Assembly (NCBI RefSeq): GCF_009914755.1
Contig: NC_060938.1
DNA: 64,000 nt
Reading direction: 5' to 3' (one strand)
DNA from: the human T2T-CHM13v2.0 reference genome, Homo sapiens
Position 1 is the stretch's first letter, and every line of letters begins with the position of its first letter. The notes under the pieces were generated by a model. That model did not search any database and had not been told where the DNA came from. It saw only the letters and a program-made list of their open reading frames with translations. Of this stretch, positions 32,101-47,100 are shown in pieces. The position numbers and the translations under genes were made by a program.

Positions 32101-35100
32101 TGGAATAGAATGACACGGAATGGAATTGAACTTAACAGAAAGGAATGAAATAGAATCAAACTGATTGGAATGGAAATGTTTCGAATGGAATGGACTGGAA
32201 TGAAATGGAATCGAACAAAATGGAATGGAATTGAATGGAGTGGAAAGGAATGGAGTGAATTGGAATGGACTGGAAAAGATTCGAATGGAATGGACTGGAA
32301 TGGAGAGGCAATGTATGGAATGGAATGGAGTGGAATGGAATGGACACAAAAGGAAGGGACTGGAATGCAATGGTCTCAAATGGAATAGAATCAAATGGAA
32401 TGGAATCGAACGGAATGGAATCAAAAGGAATGGAATGAACTGTAATGGAATGGAATGGACTGGAATCTGGATTGGAACGGAATGGACTCGAAAGGAATCG
32501 AATAGAATGGATTGGAATAGAATGGGATGGAATCGAATAGAATGGACATTAATAGAATGGACTGGAATGCAACTGTCTTGAATGGAATGGAATGTAACAG
32601 AATGAATTCGAATGGAATGGATAGGAATGGAATGGAGTGGAAAGGAAGGGAATCGAATGGAACAGCATGGAATGGACATGAATGGAATGGAATCGATTGG
32701 AATAGAATCAAAAAAAATGGAATGGAATGAAATGGAATCCAATGGTATGGAATCGAAAAAAATGGAATGGAATCGAATTGAAAAGAAAGGAATGGAACAG
32801 AATGGAATGGAAGGGAATGGACTCCAATGGAATGGACAGTATTAGAATGGACTGGAATGGAAAGGACTGGAATGGAATCTAATCAAATGGAATGGAATCG
32901 AATGGAAAGGCATAGAATGGAATACAATCAAATCAAATGTCATGGAATCGCATGGAATGGAATCGGATGGAATTGAATCAAAAAGAGTGGAATGGAATGG
33001 AGTAGAATAGAATTGAATTGAATGGAAACGACTTGAATGCAATGGAATCGAATGGAATGGAATTGAATGGAATCCAAAGGAATGGAATGGAATAGAATGG
33101 AATGAAATGGAATGGAATGGAATGGAATCAAATGGAATGGAGTAGAATGGAATGGAATAGAATGGAATGGTCTCGAATGGAATGGACTCGAGTGGAATGT
33201 ATTTGAATGGAATGGATTCAAATGGAATGGACACAAATGGAATGGACTCAAATGGAATGCAATCGAAAGTTATTGAATAGACGGGATGGAATGAAATGAA
33301 ATGAAATCGAATGGAATGGACTGGAATGTAATGGAGTGTAAAGGAAACAACTCGAATGGAATGGACTGGAAAGGAATGGACTCGAATGGAATGGCCTAAA
33401 AAGGAATGCAAGTGAATGGAGTGGAATCAAATGGAATGGAATATAATGGAATGGACTGGAATGGAATGTACTCGAAAGGAATGTACTGTAATGGAACTGT
33501 CTCGAACGGAATGGATACGAAAGCAATGGAATTGAATGGAATGGAAACGATTGGAATTGAATTTAATGTAATGGAATAGAGTAGACTAGAATGGAATGGA
33601 CTTGAAAGGAATGGACTAGAATGGAATGGTCTTGAATGGAAAAGAATTGAAAGGAATGGAATTGAATGGAATGGAATGAAATGGAATGCAATCGAATGGA
33701 ATTGAATGGACAGGATTTCAATACAATGGGCTCGAATGTAACGGACTAGAATCAAATGGACTCAAATGGAATGGAATGGAATTGTGTCGAATGGAATGAA
33801 ATAAAATGGAACGAAAACAAATGGAATAGAATCTAATGGAGTGGAATGGAATGGAATGGAATCTAATGGAATGGAATCAAACCGAATAGACTCGAATTAA
33901 ATTGACTGGAATGGAACGGTCTCGAATGGAATGGAATGGAATGGAATCAAATGGAATGGAACGGACTTCAAAGGAATGGAATCGAATTGAATGGAATTGA
34001 ATATAATGCAATGGAAGGGAATGAAATAGAATGGAATGGAGTGAAATGGAATGGAATAGACTCGAATGTAATGGACTGAAATGAAATGGACTCGAATGGA
34101 ATGAACTCGAATGCAATGGAAGCGAACGGAAAGGAATGGAATGGACTCGAAGGGAATGGACTGGAATGGTATGCAATGGAATGGAATGGAAACGAATGGA
34201 ATGGAATTCAATGGAATCGAATGGAATGGAATGGAATGGAATGGAATGGAGTGGAATTGAACAGAATGGAATGTAATGAAATCGAAAGGAATGGAATAAA
34301 ATTGAATGGAATGGAACTGAAAGGAATGGAATGCAAAGGAATGGAACGGAATGGAATCAAAGGAGTGGAATGGAATGGAATTGAATAGAATGGAATGGAA
34401 TCGAATGTAACGGAATGGAATGGAATTAATGGTAATGGAATGGAAAAGACTCGAAGGGAATGGAATCAAAAGGAATAGAAAGGAATGGAATGGAACGGAA
34501 TGGAATGGAACGGATTGGAATTGAAAGGACACGAAAGAAATGGAAAGGAATGGTAAAGAATTGAATTGAATGAAATGGAATGGAAAGCAAAGGAATGGAA
34601 TCAAATGGAATGCAATGGCATGGAGTACAATAGAAAGGAATGGAAACGAATGGAATGGAATTGAAGGGAATGCAATGGAATGGACTGGAATGTAATGGAC
34701 TGAAATGCAATGAACCCGAATCGAATGGACTCGAATGGAATGGACTCGAATGGAATGGAATCAAATGGAATGGATTGGAATCGGATGGAATAGAATGGAA
34801 TGGAATGGACTTGAATGGAATGGAATGGAATGGAATGGGCTCGAAGGGAATGGAGTCGAATGGAATTTACTGGAATGTTATGTAATGGAATGGATTTGAA
34901 TGGAATACACCTACTGGAACAGAATGGAATGGAACGGAAAGGAAGGGACTCAAATGTAATGGACTGAATTGCAATGTAGTAGAATGGAATTGACATGAAT
35001 GGAATGCACTGGAATGGAATGGACTCGAATGGAATGGACTCTAATGGAATGTCCTGGAATGGAATGGACTCGAATTGAATGGACTCCATTGGAATGGACT

Positions 35101-38100
35101 CGAATGGAATACAATCGAATGGAAGGTAATCTATTGGAATGGAAACGAATGGAATGGAGTTGAATGGAATGGACTCGAGTGGAATGGATTGCAAAGTTAC
35201 GGTCTCAAATGGAATGGATTTGAATGCAATGGAATGGAATTGAATCGAACAGAAAGGAACGGAATTGAGAGGAATGGAATGGAATCAAATGCAATCGACT
35301 GTAACTGAATGGACTCGAATCGAATGTACTCGAATGGAATGGAATTGAATGAAGTGGAACCAAATGGAATGGAATCAAATCTTATGTAATGGAATCGAAA
35401 TGAATGGAATCAAAAGGAATCGAATGGAATGGAAAGGAATGGAATGGAATTCAATGGAACTGAATGTAATCGAATGGAATAGACTCAAAAGCAATGTATT
35501 TGAACGGAATGTAATCAAATGGAATAGAATCCAATTGAATGGAAAGGAAAGGAATGGAATGGAATGAAATGGAATGGAATGGACTCAAACGGAATGAACA
35601 CGAATGGAATGGAATGGAAATGAATGGAATGGAATTGAATGGAATGGAATCGAATTAAATGGAATGGAATGGAATGGAATGGAACGGAATAGAATGGAAT
35701 GGAATGGAATGGAATGAAATCGAACGGAATGGAATGGAATGGAATGAAATGGAATGGAATGGAATCGAATGGAATGGAATGGAATCGAATGGAATGGAAT
35801 GGAATCGAATGGAATGGAATGGAATCGAATGGAATCGAACCAAATTGAATGTTATTGAATGGAATGGAATGGAATGGAATGGATTGGCAAGCAATGGAAT
35901 CGAACAGAAAGGAGTCGAATGGAATAGAATTGAATTGAATGGAATGAACTGGAATTAAACGGAATTGAATTGAATGTAATGGAATTTACTAGAATGTAAT
36001 GGATGGGAATAAAATGGCCTCGAATGGGATGGACTCTAATGGAATGGAGTTGAAAGAAATTGAATCCATAGGAATGGACTCCAGTGGAATGCAATCAAAT
36101 GGAGTGGACTGGAATGGAAGAGATTCAAAAGGAGTTGCCTGGAATAGAAAGGTCTCGAATGGAATGGAATTGAATGGAGTGAAATGGAAAGGAATGGAAT
36201 GGAATGAAATGGAATAGAATGGAATGGAATGGAAAACACGAACGTAATGGATTGGAATGGAATGGAATCCACTGGAATAAAATCGAATGGAATAGAATGG
36301 AAAGGAAAGGAATCAAATCAAATGCACATGAATGGAATGCACAAGAATGAAACTTTCTCGAGTGGAATGGCATTGAATGGAATGGAATTGAATGGAATGG
36401 AATAGAGTGGAATGGAATGGGATGGAATGGAATACAATGGAATGGAATGGAATCAAAAGGAATGAAGCGGAATGGAAACGAATGGAAAGGAATGGAATGG
36501 AATAGAATGGATATGAGAGGAAGGGAATGCATTGGAATGTAAGGAAATGGCATGGAATGGAATTGAATGTAATGGACTGGAATGGAATGACCTCTAATGG
36601 AAAGCTGTCAAATGAAATGGAATGGAATGGAATAGAATGGAACTGAATGAAATGAAATCGAATGTAATGGAATGGAATGGAAGGTAGTCGAGTGGAAAGG
36701 ACTCGAATGGAATGGACTCAAATGAAATTGAGTGCATTGGAATCGATTCCAATGGAATGCATTCAAATGGAGTGGACTGTAATGGAATGGATTCAAAAGG
36801 AGTAGACTGGAATAGAATTGTCTTGAATGGATTGGAATAAAACGGAATGAAATGGAAAGGAATGGAATTGAATGCAATGGAAAACACTCGAACAAAATGG
36901 ACTGGATTGGAATGTACTCGACTGGAATAAAAACGAATGGAATGGAATAGAATGGAATGGAATCGAATCAAATGATCATGAATGGAATGGACAAGAATGC
37001 AAATTTCTCGAATGGAATGGAATTGAAAGGAATGGAATCGAATGTAATGGGATGGAATAGAATGCAACGGAATCAAAAGGAATGAAATGGAATGGAAACG
37101 AATGGAATGGAATGGAATGGAATGCAAAAGAATGGAAATGCATGAAATGCAATGGAATGCAATGGAATGGAATGGAATGGACTCAAATGTATTCGACTGG
37201 AATGGAATGGCCTCGAATGGAATGGACTCGAATGGAATGGTGTCAAATGGAATGGAATGGAGTTGAATACAATGGAATTGAATGGAATGAAATCGAACGT
37301 AATGGACTGCAATGGAATGGACTCGAATGAAATGGACTCGAATGGAATGGACTCGAATGTAAAGGACGCCATTGGAATGGAATCCAATGGAATGGAATAA
37401 AATGGAGTGGACTGGAAAGTAATGGATTCAAAAGGAGAAGACTGGAATAGAAAGGTCTCAAAAGGAATGGAATCAAATAAAATGAAATTGAAAGGAATGG
37501 AATTGAATAGAATGGAAACCAATGGAATGGAAAACACTCGAACGTAATGGACTGGAATGGAATGGACTTGACTGGAATAAAATAGATAGGAATACAATTG
37601 AATGGAATGAAATCAAATCGAATGTACATGAATGGAATAGAAAAGAATGCATCTTTCTCGAACGGAATTACATTGAATGGAAAGGAATCTACTGGAATGG
37701 ATTCGAATGGAATGGAATGGGATGGAATGGTATGGAATGGAACGGAATGGAATGGAATCAAAAGGAAATAAATGGAATGGAATCGATTGGAATGGAATGG
37801 AATGGAATGGAATGGAATAGAACGGAAATGGAAGGAATGGAATGGAATGCAATGGAATGGAATGGAAAAGACTTGAATGTGATGTACTGTAGTGGAATGG
37901 ACTAGAATGGAATGGAATTGAATGGAATCCAATGGAATGGAATAGTATGGAATCGAATGGACTCGAATGGAATGGAATCGAATAGAATATTATTGAGTGG
38001 AATGGGATCAAATGGAATGGAATCAAATAGAATGGAATGGACTGCAATGGTATGGAATGGAATCGAATGTAACAAACAGCAATGCAATAGAATCGAATGG

Positions 38101-41100
38101 AAGGGAATAGGACGGAGTGGAATCAAAAGGAATGTAACCGAATCAAATGGACTTGAATAGAATGGACGGGAATGCAACTTTGTCGAATAGAATGGAATCG
38201 AATGGAATGTAATCGAATGGTACGAAATGGGATGGGATGGAATGGAATGGAATGGAATGGAATGGAATAGAACACAATGGAATTGAATGGAAACCAATGG
38301 AATGGAATGGAATGGAATGGAATGGAATGGAATGGAATGGAAATGAAAGGAAGGGAATGGAATGAAATACAATAGAATAGAATGGAATTCACTAGAATTG
38401 AATGGACTATAATGGAATGGACTAGAAAGGAATGGAGAGGAGTGGAACAGTGTTGAATAGAATGGAATCGAAATGAATAGAATTGAGTGCAATGGGATCG
38501 AATGGAATGGAATCAAATGGAGTGGAATGGATTTGAATGAAATGGACTCGATTGTAATGGACTGGAATGGAATGGACTCGAATGATATGGAATCGAAAGT
38601 AATAGAATTGAATGGAATGGAATCTACCGGAATGGATTCGAATAGAATGGATTGGAATGGAAGAGTCTTGAATGGAACGGAATTGAATGGAATTGAGAGG
38701 AATGGAATGGAATGGAATGGAATGGAATGGAATGGAAACTATTGGAATGGACTCGAATTGAATGGAATGTAACGGAATGGTCTCGAATAGAATGGAATTG
38801 AGTGGAATGGAATCAAATGGAATGGAATCAAACAGATTGGAATGGAATGGAATGGAATGGAATGGAATGGAATGGAATGGAATGGAATGGAATTGAAAGG
38901 AATGCACTGGAATGTAAGAGAGTGGATCAGAATCGACTCGAATATAATGGACTGGGATGGAAAGGATTCGAATGGAATGGACACATATGCAATGGAATCG
39001 AAAGGAATGAAATCGAATGTAATGGAATCCAATGGAAAGGAATAGAATAGAATAGATTGGAGTGGAATGGACGGGAATGGATTGGACATCAATGGAATGG
39101 ACTTAAATGGAAGGGAATCAAATGCATCAGAATGTAATGGAATGGAAAGGAATGGAATGGACTCGAATAGAATTGACAGGAAAGGAAAGTTCCCGAATGG
39201 AAAGGAATTGCATGGAATGGAATGCAATGGAATGGAAGGACAGGAATGTAATGGTCTGGAATAGAATGGATTGGACTGGAATTTAATGGACACGAATGGA
39301 ATGGTTTCAGAAGCAATGGAAAGAACGGAATGGAATGGACTCAAAGGCAATGGACTAGAATGGAATGGACTCGAATAGAATGCAATGGAATGGAATGGAG
39401 ACGAACGGAATGGAATCGAATTGAATGCAATTGTATCAAATCGAATCGAATAGAATGGAATGGTTTAGAATTGAACGGAATGGAATGGAATGGAATCGAA
39501 TGGCAAGGAATCGAATGGAATGGAATGCAATGGTATGGAAAAGAATGGAATCAAACTGAATGGAATTTACAGGAATGGAATGGAATTCAATGTGATGGAA
39601 TCGAATGTAATAGAATGGAATGAAATGGAATGGAATGGAATGGAATGGAATGGAATGGAATGGAATAGAAAGGACTCAAAAGGAATGGAATGGCATGGAA
39701 TAGAATCGAATAGAATGGAATGGACTTGAATGGAGTGGAATGGAATGGAATGGAAAGGAAAAGAATGGAATGGATTGCAATGCAATAGAATGGAATTGAA
39801 GGAAATGGAAAGAAATGGAAAGGAACCGAATCGAATCGAATGGAATGGCATGGAATTGAATCGAATGGAAAGGAAACGAATAGAATAGAATGGAATGGAA
39901 TGCAATGGAATGGATTCAGATGTAATGGAATGAAACGAAATGGACTCGAATGGAATGGACTCAAATGGAATGGAATCGAATGGAATGGAATGGAATCGAA
40001 AGAAATGGAATGGAATGGAATGCAATGCAATGGAATGGAATGGAATGCAATGCAATGGAATGGAATGGAATGCAATGGAATGGAATCAAAAGGAATGGAC
40101 TAAAATGAAATGCAATGGAATGGAATGGAATCGAATGGAATGGATTTGAATGGAATGGACTCGAATGGAATGGATTTGAATGGAATGTAATCGAATGGAA
40201 TGCAATTGAAAGGAATGGAATCGAATGGGATGGAATCGAATGAAATGGAATAGAATTGAATGTACGGGAAAGGAATGGACTGTAATGGAATGAACTCTAA
40301 TGGAATAGACTAGAATGGAATGGACTCGAATGGAATGGACTCAAAAGGAATGTAATTGAATGCAGAGGAACTGAATGGACTTGAATAGACTGGACTGTAA
40401 TGGAATGGACTCAAAAGGAATGGACTGTAATTGAACGGTCTCGAATGGAATGGAATCGAATGGAATGGAATTGAATGGCATGGAATTAAATGGAATGGAA
40501 TGGACTGGAATGCAGGGGAAAGGGGTTGAATGTAATGGACTGGAACGGAATGAACTCGAATGAAATGGACCCAAATGAAATGGAATCGAATGGAATGGAA
40601 TCAAATGGAATGAAATTTAATGGAATGGAAGTGAATGGAATGGAATCGAATGGATTGGAATGGTATGGAATTGAATGAAATGGAATGGAAAGGAATGGTC
40701 TCAAATGGAATGGAATGGAATGGAATGAAATGGAATGGACACAAAGGTAATGTACTTCAATGGAATGCAATCGAATGAATTGTAATGAAATGGACTCGAA
40801 TGGAATGGGCTCAAATGCATTGGAATTTAATGGAAAGGAATAGAATGGAATGGACTTGAAGGGAATGGACTCGAATGGAATGCAATGGAATGGAATGGAA
40901 GCGAATGAAATGGAATTGAATGGAATGGAATCGAATGGAATGCAATGGAATGGAATGGAATTGAATGGAATGGAACGGAATGAAATCGAATGCAATGGAA
41001 TGGGCTCGAATGTAATGCACTGGAATGGAAAGGACTCAAATGAAATGGAATTGGACGGAATGGAATCGAACGGAAAGGAATCTAATAAAATGGAATGGAA

Positions 41101-44100
41101 TGGAATGGAATCCAATCAAATGGAATAGAAACGAATGGAATCGAATGGCACGGAATCAAATGAAATGGAAAGGAAACGAATGGTCTGGAATTGAATGCAA
41201 TGGAAATGAATGGAATGGAAAGGAATGAAATGGAATGGACACGAAAGTAATGGACTTGATTGGAATGGAATGGGATGGAATGGAACGGAAAGAATGGGCT
41301 CAAAAGCAATGGAATGGAATGGACTCAAATGCAATGGAATCGAATGGAATACAATGGAATGGAATGGAATGGACTGGAATGGTTTCGAGTAGAATGGACT
41401 CGAAAGGAATGCAAAGCAGTGGAATGGACACAGACGGAATGGAATCGAATGGAATGGAATCTAATCAAATGGAATTGAATGGAATGGAATGGAGATGAAT
41501 GGAATGGAGTTTAATGGAATGAAACGGAATGAAATAGAATGGAATTGAAACGAATGGAATGCAATTGAATAGAATAGACTCTAATCAAATTGAATGTAAT
41601 CAAATGGAATGGAATCAAAGAGAAGGGAGTTGAATGGAATGGAATACAATGGAATGGAAATGAATCGAATGGTGTAGACTGGAATGGAACGTATTGGAAT
41701 TGAATGGACGCAAACGGAATGGACTCGAATGGCAAGGAATGCAAATGAATGGAATTCAATGGGCTGGAACGGAATGGAGTGTTATGGAATGGTCTCCAAT
41801 GGAATGGAATTGAACAGAATGCAATCGAAAGGGATGGAATCGAATGGAGTGGATTCGAATGGAATGGAATGGAATGGACTCGGAAGGAACAGACTAGAAT
41901 GGAACGGTCGCGAATGGAATGAAATCGAATTGAATGGAATTGAATGGAATGGATTCAAAGGAATGAAATCGAAGGGAATCGTATGATCTGGAGTGCAATA
42001 GAATAAACTTGAATGTAATAGACTGGAATGGAATGGAATCGAATGGAATAGAATCTAATGGAATGGAATCGAATCAAATGGACACGAAGGGAATGAAATG
42101 GAATGGAAAGGTCTCGAATGGATTGGAATCAAACGGATTGGAATGGAATGGGACGGAAACGAATGGAATGGAATGGAATGGAATGCAATGGATTCAAATT
42201 CAATGTAACAGAATGAAACGGAATTGAAATGAATGCAACGGAATAGAATGAAATCGAATGGAATGTCATGGAATGGAATGGAATGTCATGGAATGGAATG
42301 GAATGGAATGGAATGGAATGTACTCGAATGGAATGGAATGAAATGGACTGCAATGGAATGGAATGGAATGGAATCGAATATAATGGAATGGAACGAGATG
42401 GAATCAAATGCAATGGAATCGAATATAATGTAATGGAATGGAACGGAATGGAAAGGAAACGAATGGTATGGCACAGAAAGGAATACAATGGATTCGAATT
42501 GAACTGAAAGGAATGAAATGGAATGGAATTGAAAGGATTGGATTGGAATGAAATGGAAAGGAATGGAATGGCGTGGCATGGAATGGAACGGAAAGGAATG
42601 GAATCGAATGTACTAGAATGGAATGGAATGGAATGCAATGGAATGTAATGGAATGCAATGGAATGCAATGGAATGGAATGGAATGGAATGGAATGGAATG
42701 GAATGGAATGGAATGGAATGGAATGGGATAGAATCGTACAGAATGCAATGGCATGGATTGGAATTGAACAGAATGGAATGGAATGGAATGGAATGGAGTG
42801 GAATGCAGTTGAATGAAATGGAATCGAATGGAATGGTGTCTAATGGAACAGAATTGAATTCAATAAATTGGAATGGAATGGCCTCGAAAGTAATGGAATT
42901 GAAAGTAATGGAATGAAAGGCAATCAAATAGAATCAAATGGAATTAAATGGACTGGAATGGAATAGACTGGAAATTAATGGACTGGAATGGAATGGAAAC
43001 GAATGGAATGGAATCGAATGGAAATGAAATAAATGGAATGGAATAAAATGGAAGAGAATCGAATGGAATGGACTCTAATGGAATGGATTGGAATTTAACG
43101 GTCTCGAAAGGAATGGAATTGAATGGAATGAAATGGAATAGTATGAAATGGAATGGAATGAAATGGAATCGAATGGAATGGAAAGGAATGGAGTGGGATG
43201 GAATGGAAACAAATTGAATGGAATGGAATGACATGGAATGGAATCAAAGGGAATGGAATCGAATGAAATAGAATCTAATGGAATGGAATGGAATGGAATG
43301 GAATGGAGTGGAATGAAATGGAATTGATTCAAAGGGAATGTACTCGAATGGAATAGACTCAAATGGAGTGGAGTGTAATGGAATGGAAAGGACTCGAATA
43401 TTATGGGCTGGAATGAAATGGAATCGAATGGAATGGACTCGAATGGAATAAAATGGATTGGAATGGAATGGAAAGGAATGGACTTGAATGTAATGGAGTG
43501 GAATGTAATTGATTGCAATGGAATGGATTTGAATGGAATGGTTTCTAATGTAATGTTATATAACGGAACAGAATGAAATGGAATGGAATAGAAAGGAAAA
43601 GAATGGATTGGAAACTACTCGAATGTAGTGGGCTCCATTGGAATGGAATCCAATGGAATGAAATAGAATGGAATGGAATCCAATGGAATGGAATCCAATG
43701 GAATGGAATCCAAAGGAATGGAATCAAATGGAATGCACTGGAATGAGATGGACTCAAATGAAACAGACTGGAATGGAATGGTCTCTAATGGAAAGCAATG
43801 GAATGGAATGGAATGGAATGGAATGGAATCGAATTGAATCGAATATAATGGAATCGATTGGAAGAGAATGGTAGTGAATGGAATGGACTACCATGGAATA
43901 TACTCGAACGGAATGCAATCAAATGGAATCGAATCAAATAAAATAGAATGGAAAGGAATGGAATCAAATGGAACGGAAAGGAACAGATTGAAAACCAACT
44001 GAATGGAATGGAATGGAATCCAAAGGATTTGAACGGAATGGAATTGAATGAAATGGAATTGAATGGAATGGAAAGGAATGGAATGGATTCGAAAGGAATG

Positions 44101-47100
44101 GAATTGCATGGAATGGAATCAAATAAAATGGAATGGAATTGAATAGAATGGGATGGAATGCAGTGGACTGGAAAGGATTTGAAAGGAGTGGACTGAATTG
44201 AGTTGAATCGTATAGAATGGAATGGAATGGAATGGACTCAAATGGAATGGAAAAGAATGGAATGGAATCGAATGAAATGGCGTCGAATTGAATGTGTACG
44301 AATCAAACGCTGTCCAGTCTAATGTAATGGGATAGAATGAAGTGGAATTTAATGCAATGGAAAGACTAGAATGGAATTAAATGGAATGGAATGGAATGGA
44401 ATGGAATAGAATGTAATGCATTGGAATGGAATGGACTGGAGTGGAATGCACTCGAGGGCAAAGGAATCGAATGCAATTTAATCGAATGGAATGAAATCCA
44501 ATGGAATAGAAAGGAATGGAATGCATTGGAATGGACTGGAATGTAATGAACTCGAACGGAATGGACACGAATGGATTGAAATTGAAAGCAATGGATGCGA
44601 ATGGAATGGAATCGAATTGAATTGAATGGAATGAAATGGAATGGAATAGATTATAATGTAAAAGAATAGAATGGAATGGAATGGAATTGAGAGGACTCGA
44701 GTCGAATGGACTCAAATGGAATGGAATAGAACAGAATAGAATGGAAAGGAATGGAATTGACTCGAATGGAATATAAAGGATTGGAATGGAATGGAATTGA
44801 TCGGAATGGATTCCAATGGAATGAAATGGAATGGAATTGAATGGAATGCAATGGAATCAAATGGAATGGAATGGCATGTAATAGAATCTAATGGAATCGA
44901 ATTGAATGGAAAAGAATTGAATGAAATGGAAAGGAATGGAACAGAACGGATTCGAATGGAAAGGACTGGAATGGAATCTAATGGAATGGACTGGAAATGA
45001 ATGGATTCGAATGGAATGGAATCGAATGGAATGGAGTCGAATGGAATGGAATGGAATGGAACAGCCTCAAGTGGAATGGAATGGAATAGAATGGAATGGA
45101 ATAAAATGAAATTGAATGGAATCTCATGGAATTGAATGGAATGGAATGGAATCAAATGGAAGGGAACTGAATAGAATGGTGTGGAATTTAATGGACTAGA
45201 GTGGAATGGACTCCAATGAAATGAACTCGAATGGAATGGAATGAAATTGAATGGAATGTTATAGAACGGAATCGAATGGAGTCAAATGGAATGGAATGGA
45301 TTGGAATGGAATGGAATGGAATAGAATCAAATGGAATGGAATCACATGGAATGGACTGAAACGCAATGAACTGGAATGGAATGAACTCGAATGGAACGAA
45401 CTCCTGTGGAATGGATTGCAATGGAATGGATTCTGATGGAATGGAATAGAATGGAATGGACATGAATGGACTGAACTGGAATGGAACGGTCTTGAATGGA
45501 ATGGAATAGAATGGAATGATATCAGATGGAATTGAATGGAATGGAAAAGATTGGAGTGAAATGGAATGAAATTGACACAACTAAATTGACTGGAATGGAA
45601 TGCAATGTACTCGAATGTAAAGGACAGAATGAAATGGGCTCGAATGGAATAGAGTTGAATGGAAAGGAATTGAAAGGAATGGAATCCAAAGGAATGGAAT
45701 CACAAGTAATGGAAAGGAATGGAATGGAATCAAACGGATGGGAATCGAATGGAATGGGGAGGACTGGACTGGAATGGAATGGATTCGAAAGGAATAGACT
45801 GGAATGGAACCCTCTCGAATGAAGTGGAGCCGAATGGAATGGAATTGAAAGGAATGGATTCGAATGGAATGTAAAGGAATTGAATGGAATAGAATGGACT
45901 CGAATGTAATTGACTGAATGGAATGGACTCGACCAGAATGAAATCAAATGGAATGGAATCAAAAGGAATTGACTCGAAAGGAAGGTAATCGAATGGAATG
46001 GAATCATATGGAATAAAATCGAACGGAAAGAACTACGATTGAATGGATTGGAAAGGAATGGTATCAAATGGAATGGAATTGAATGGAATGGAATGGAGTG
46101 GAACGGAAAAGAATGGAATAGAATCGAATGGAATGGAAAGGAATTGAATGGAATGGAATGGAATGGAATCGATTGGAATGGAATGACATGGAATGGAATC
46201 GAATGGAATAGAAGTGAATGGAATACAATGTAACGGAATACAATGGAATGCAATGGAATGGATTCGAAAGTAATGGACCAGAATAGAATGGAATTGAAAA
46301 AAAATGGAATGTAATGGAATGCAATGGAATGGAATGGACTCGAATGGAATGGACTCAAAGGGAATGGAATAGAACGAAATACAAAGGAACAGAATGGTAT
46401 CGACTCAAATGAAATGGAATGGAATGGCATGCAATGGAATCAAACGGAATGGAATCGAATGTTAAAGAATCAAATGGAATGGAAAGGAATGGAATGGAAT
46501 AGATTCGAAACGATTGCACTGGAATGCAATAGAATCGAATGGAATGGAAAAGAATGGAATAGACTGGAATGGAATGGAAGGGAATAGAATGGAATCGAAT
46601 CGAATGGAATAGAATATAATGGAATGGAATGCAATCGATTGCAATAGAATGGAAGGGAATCCAATGCAATTGTCTGGAATTTAAAGACTTGAATGGAATG
46701 GACTCCAGTGGAATGAACTGGAATTTTATGGAATCGAATGGAATAGAATCGAATGAAATGGAAGTGTATGGAATGGAAACGAATCTAGTCTAATGCAATG
46801 GAATGGAATGGAATGGAATCGAATGGAATTCACTGGAACGGAATGGACTGGAATTCAATGGACTCGATTGGAATGGACTCGAATGGAATGGATTTGAAAG
46901 GAATGGACGTGAATGGTATGGAATTGAAAGGATTCGTATGGAATTGTCTCCAATGGAATTTGCTCAAATGGAATGCAATTGAGTGGAATGGGTTAGAATG
47001 GAATGGTATCGAATAGAATTGAATTGAATGGAACAGAATTGAATGGACACAAATGGAATGAACTGATATGAAACGGTCTCAAATGGAATGGAATGGAATG

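Noticed and set aside
44281-44335. Atypical island within HSat3, a possible insertion
   Set aside because: It still roughly follows the 5-bp register and has no recognisable element. It is most likely a locally diverged patch.
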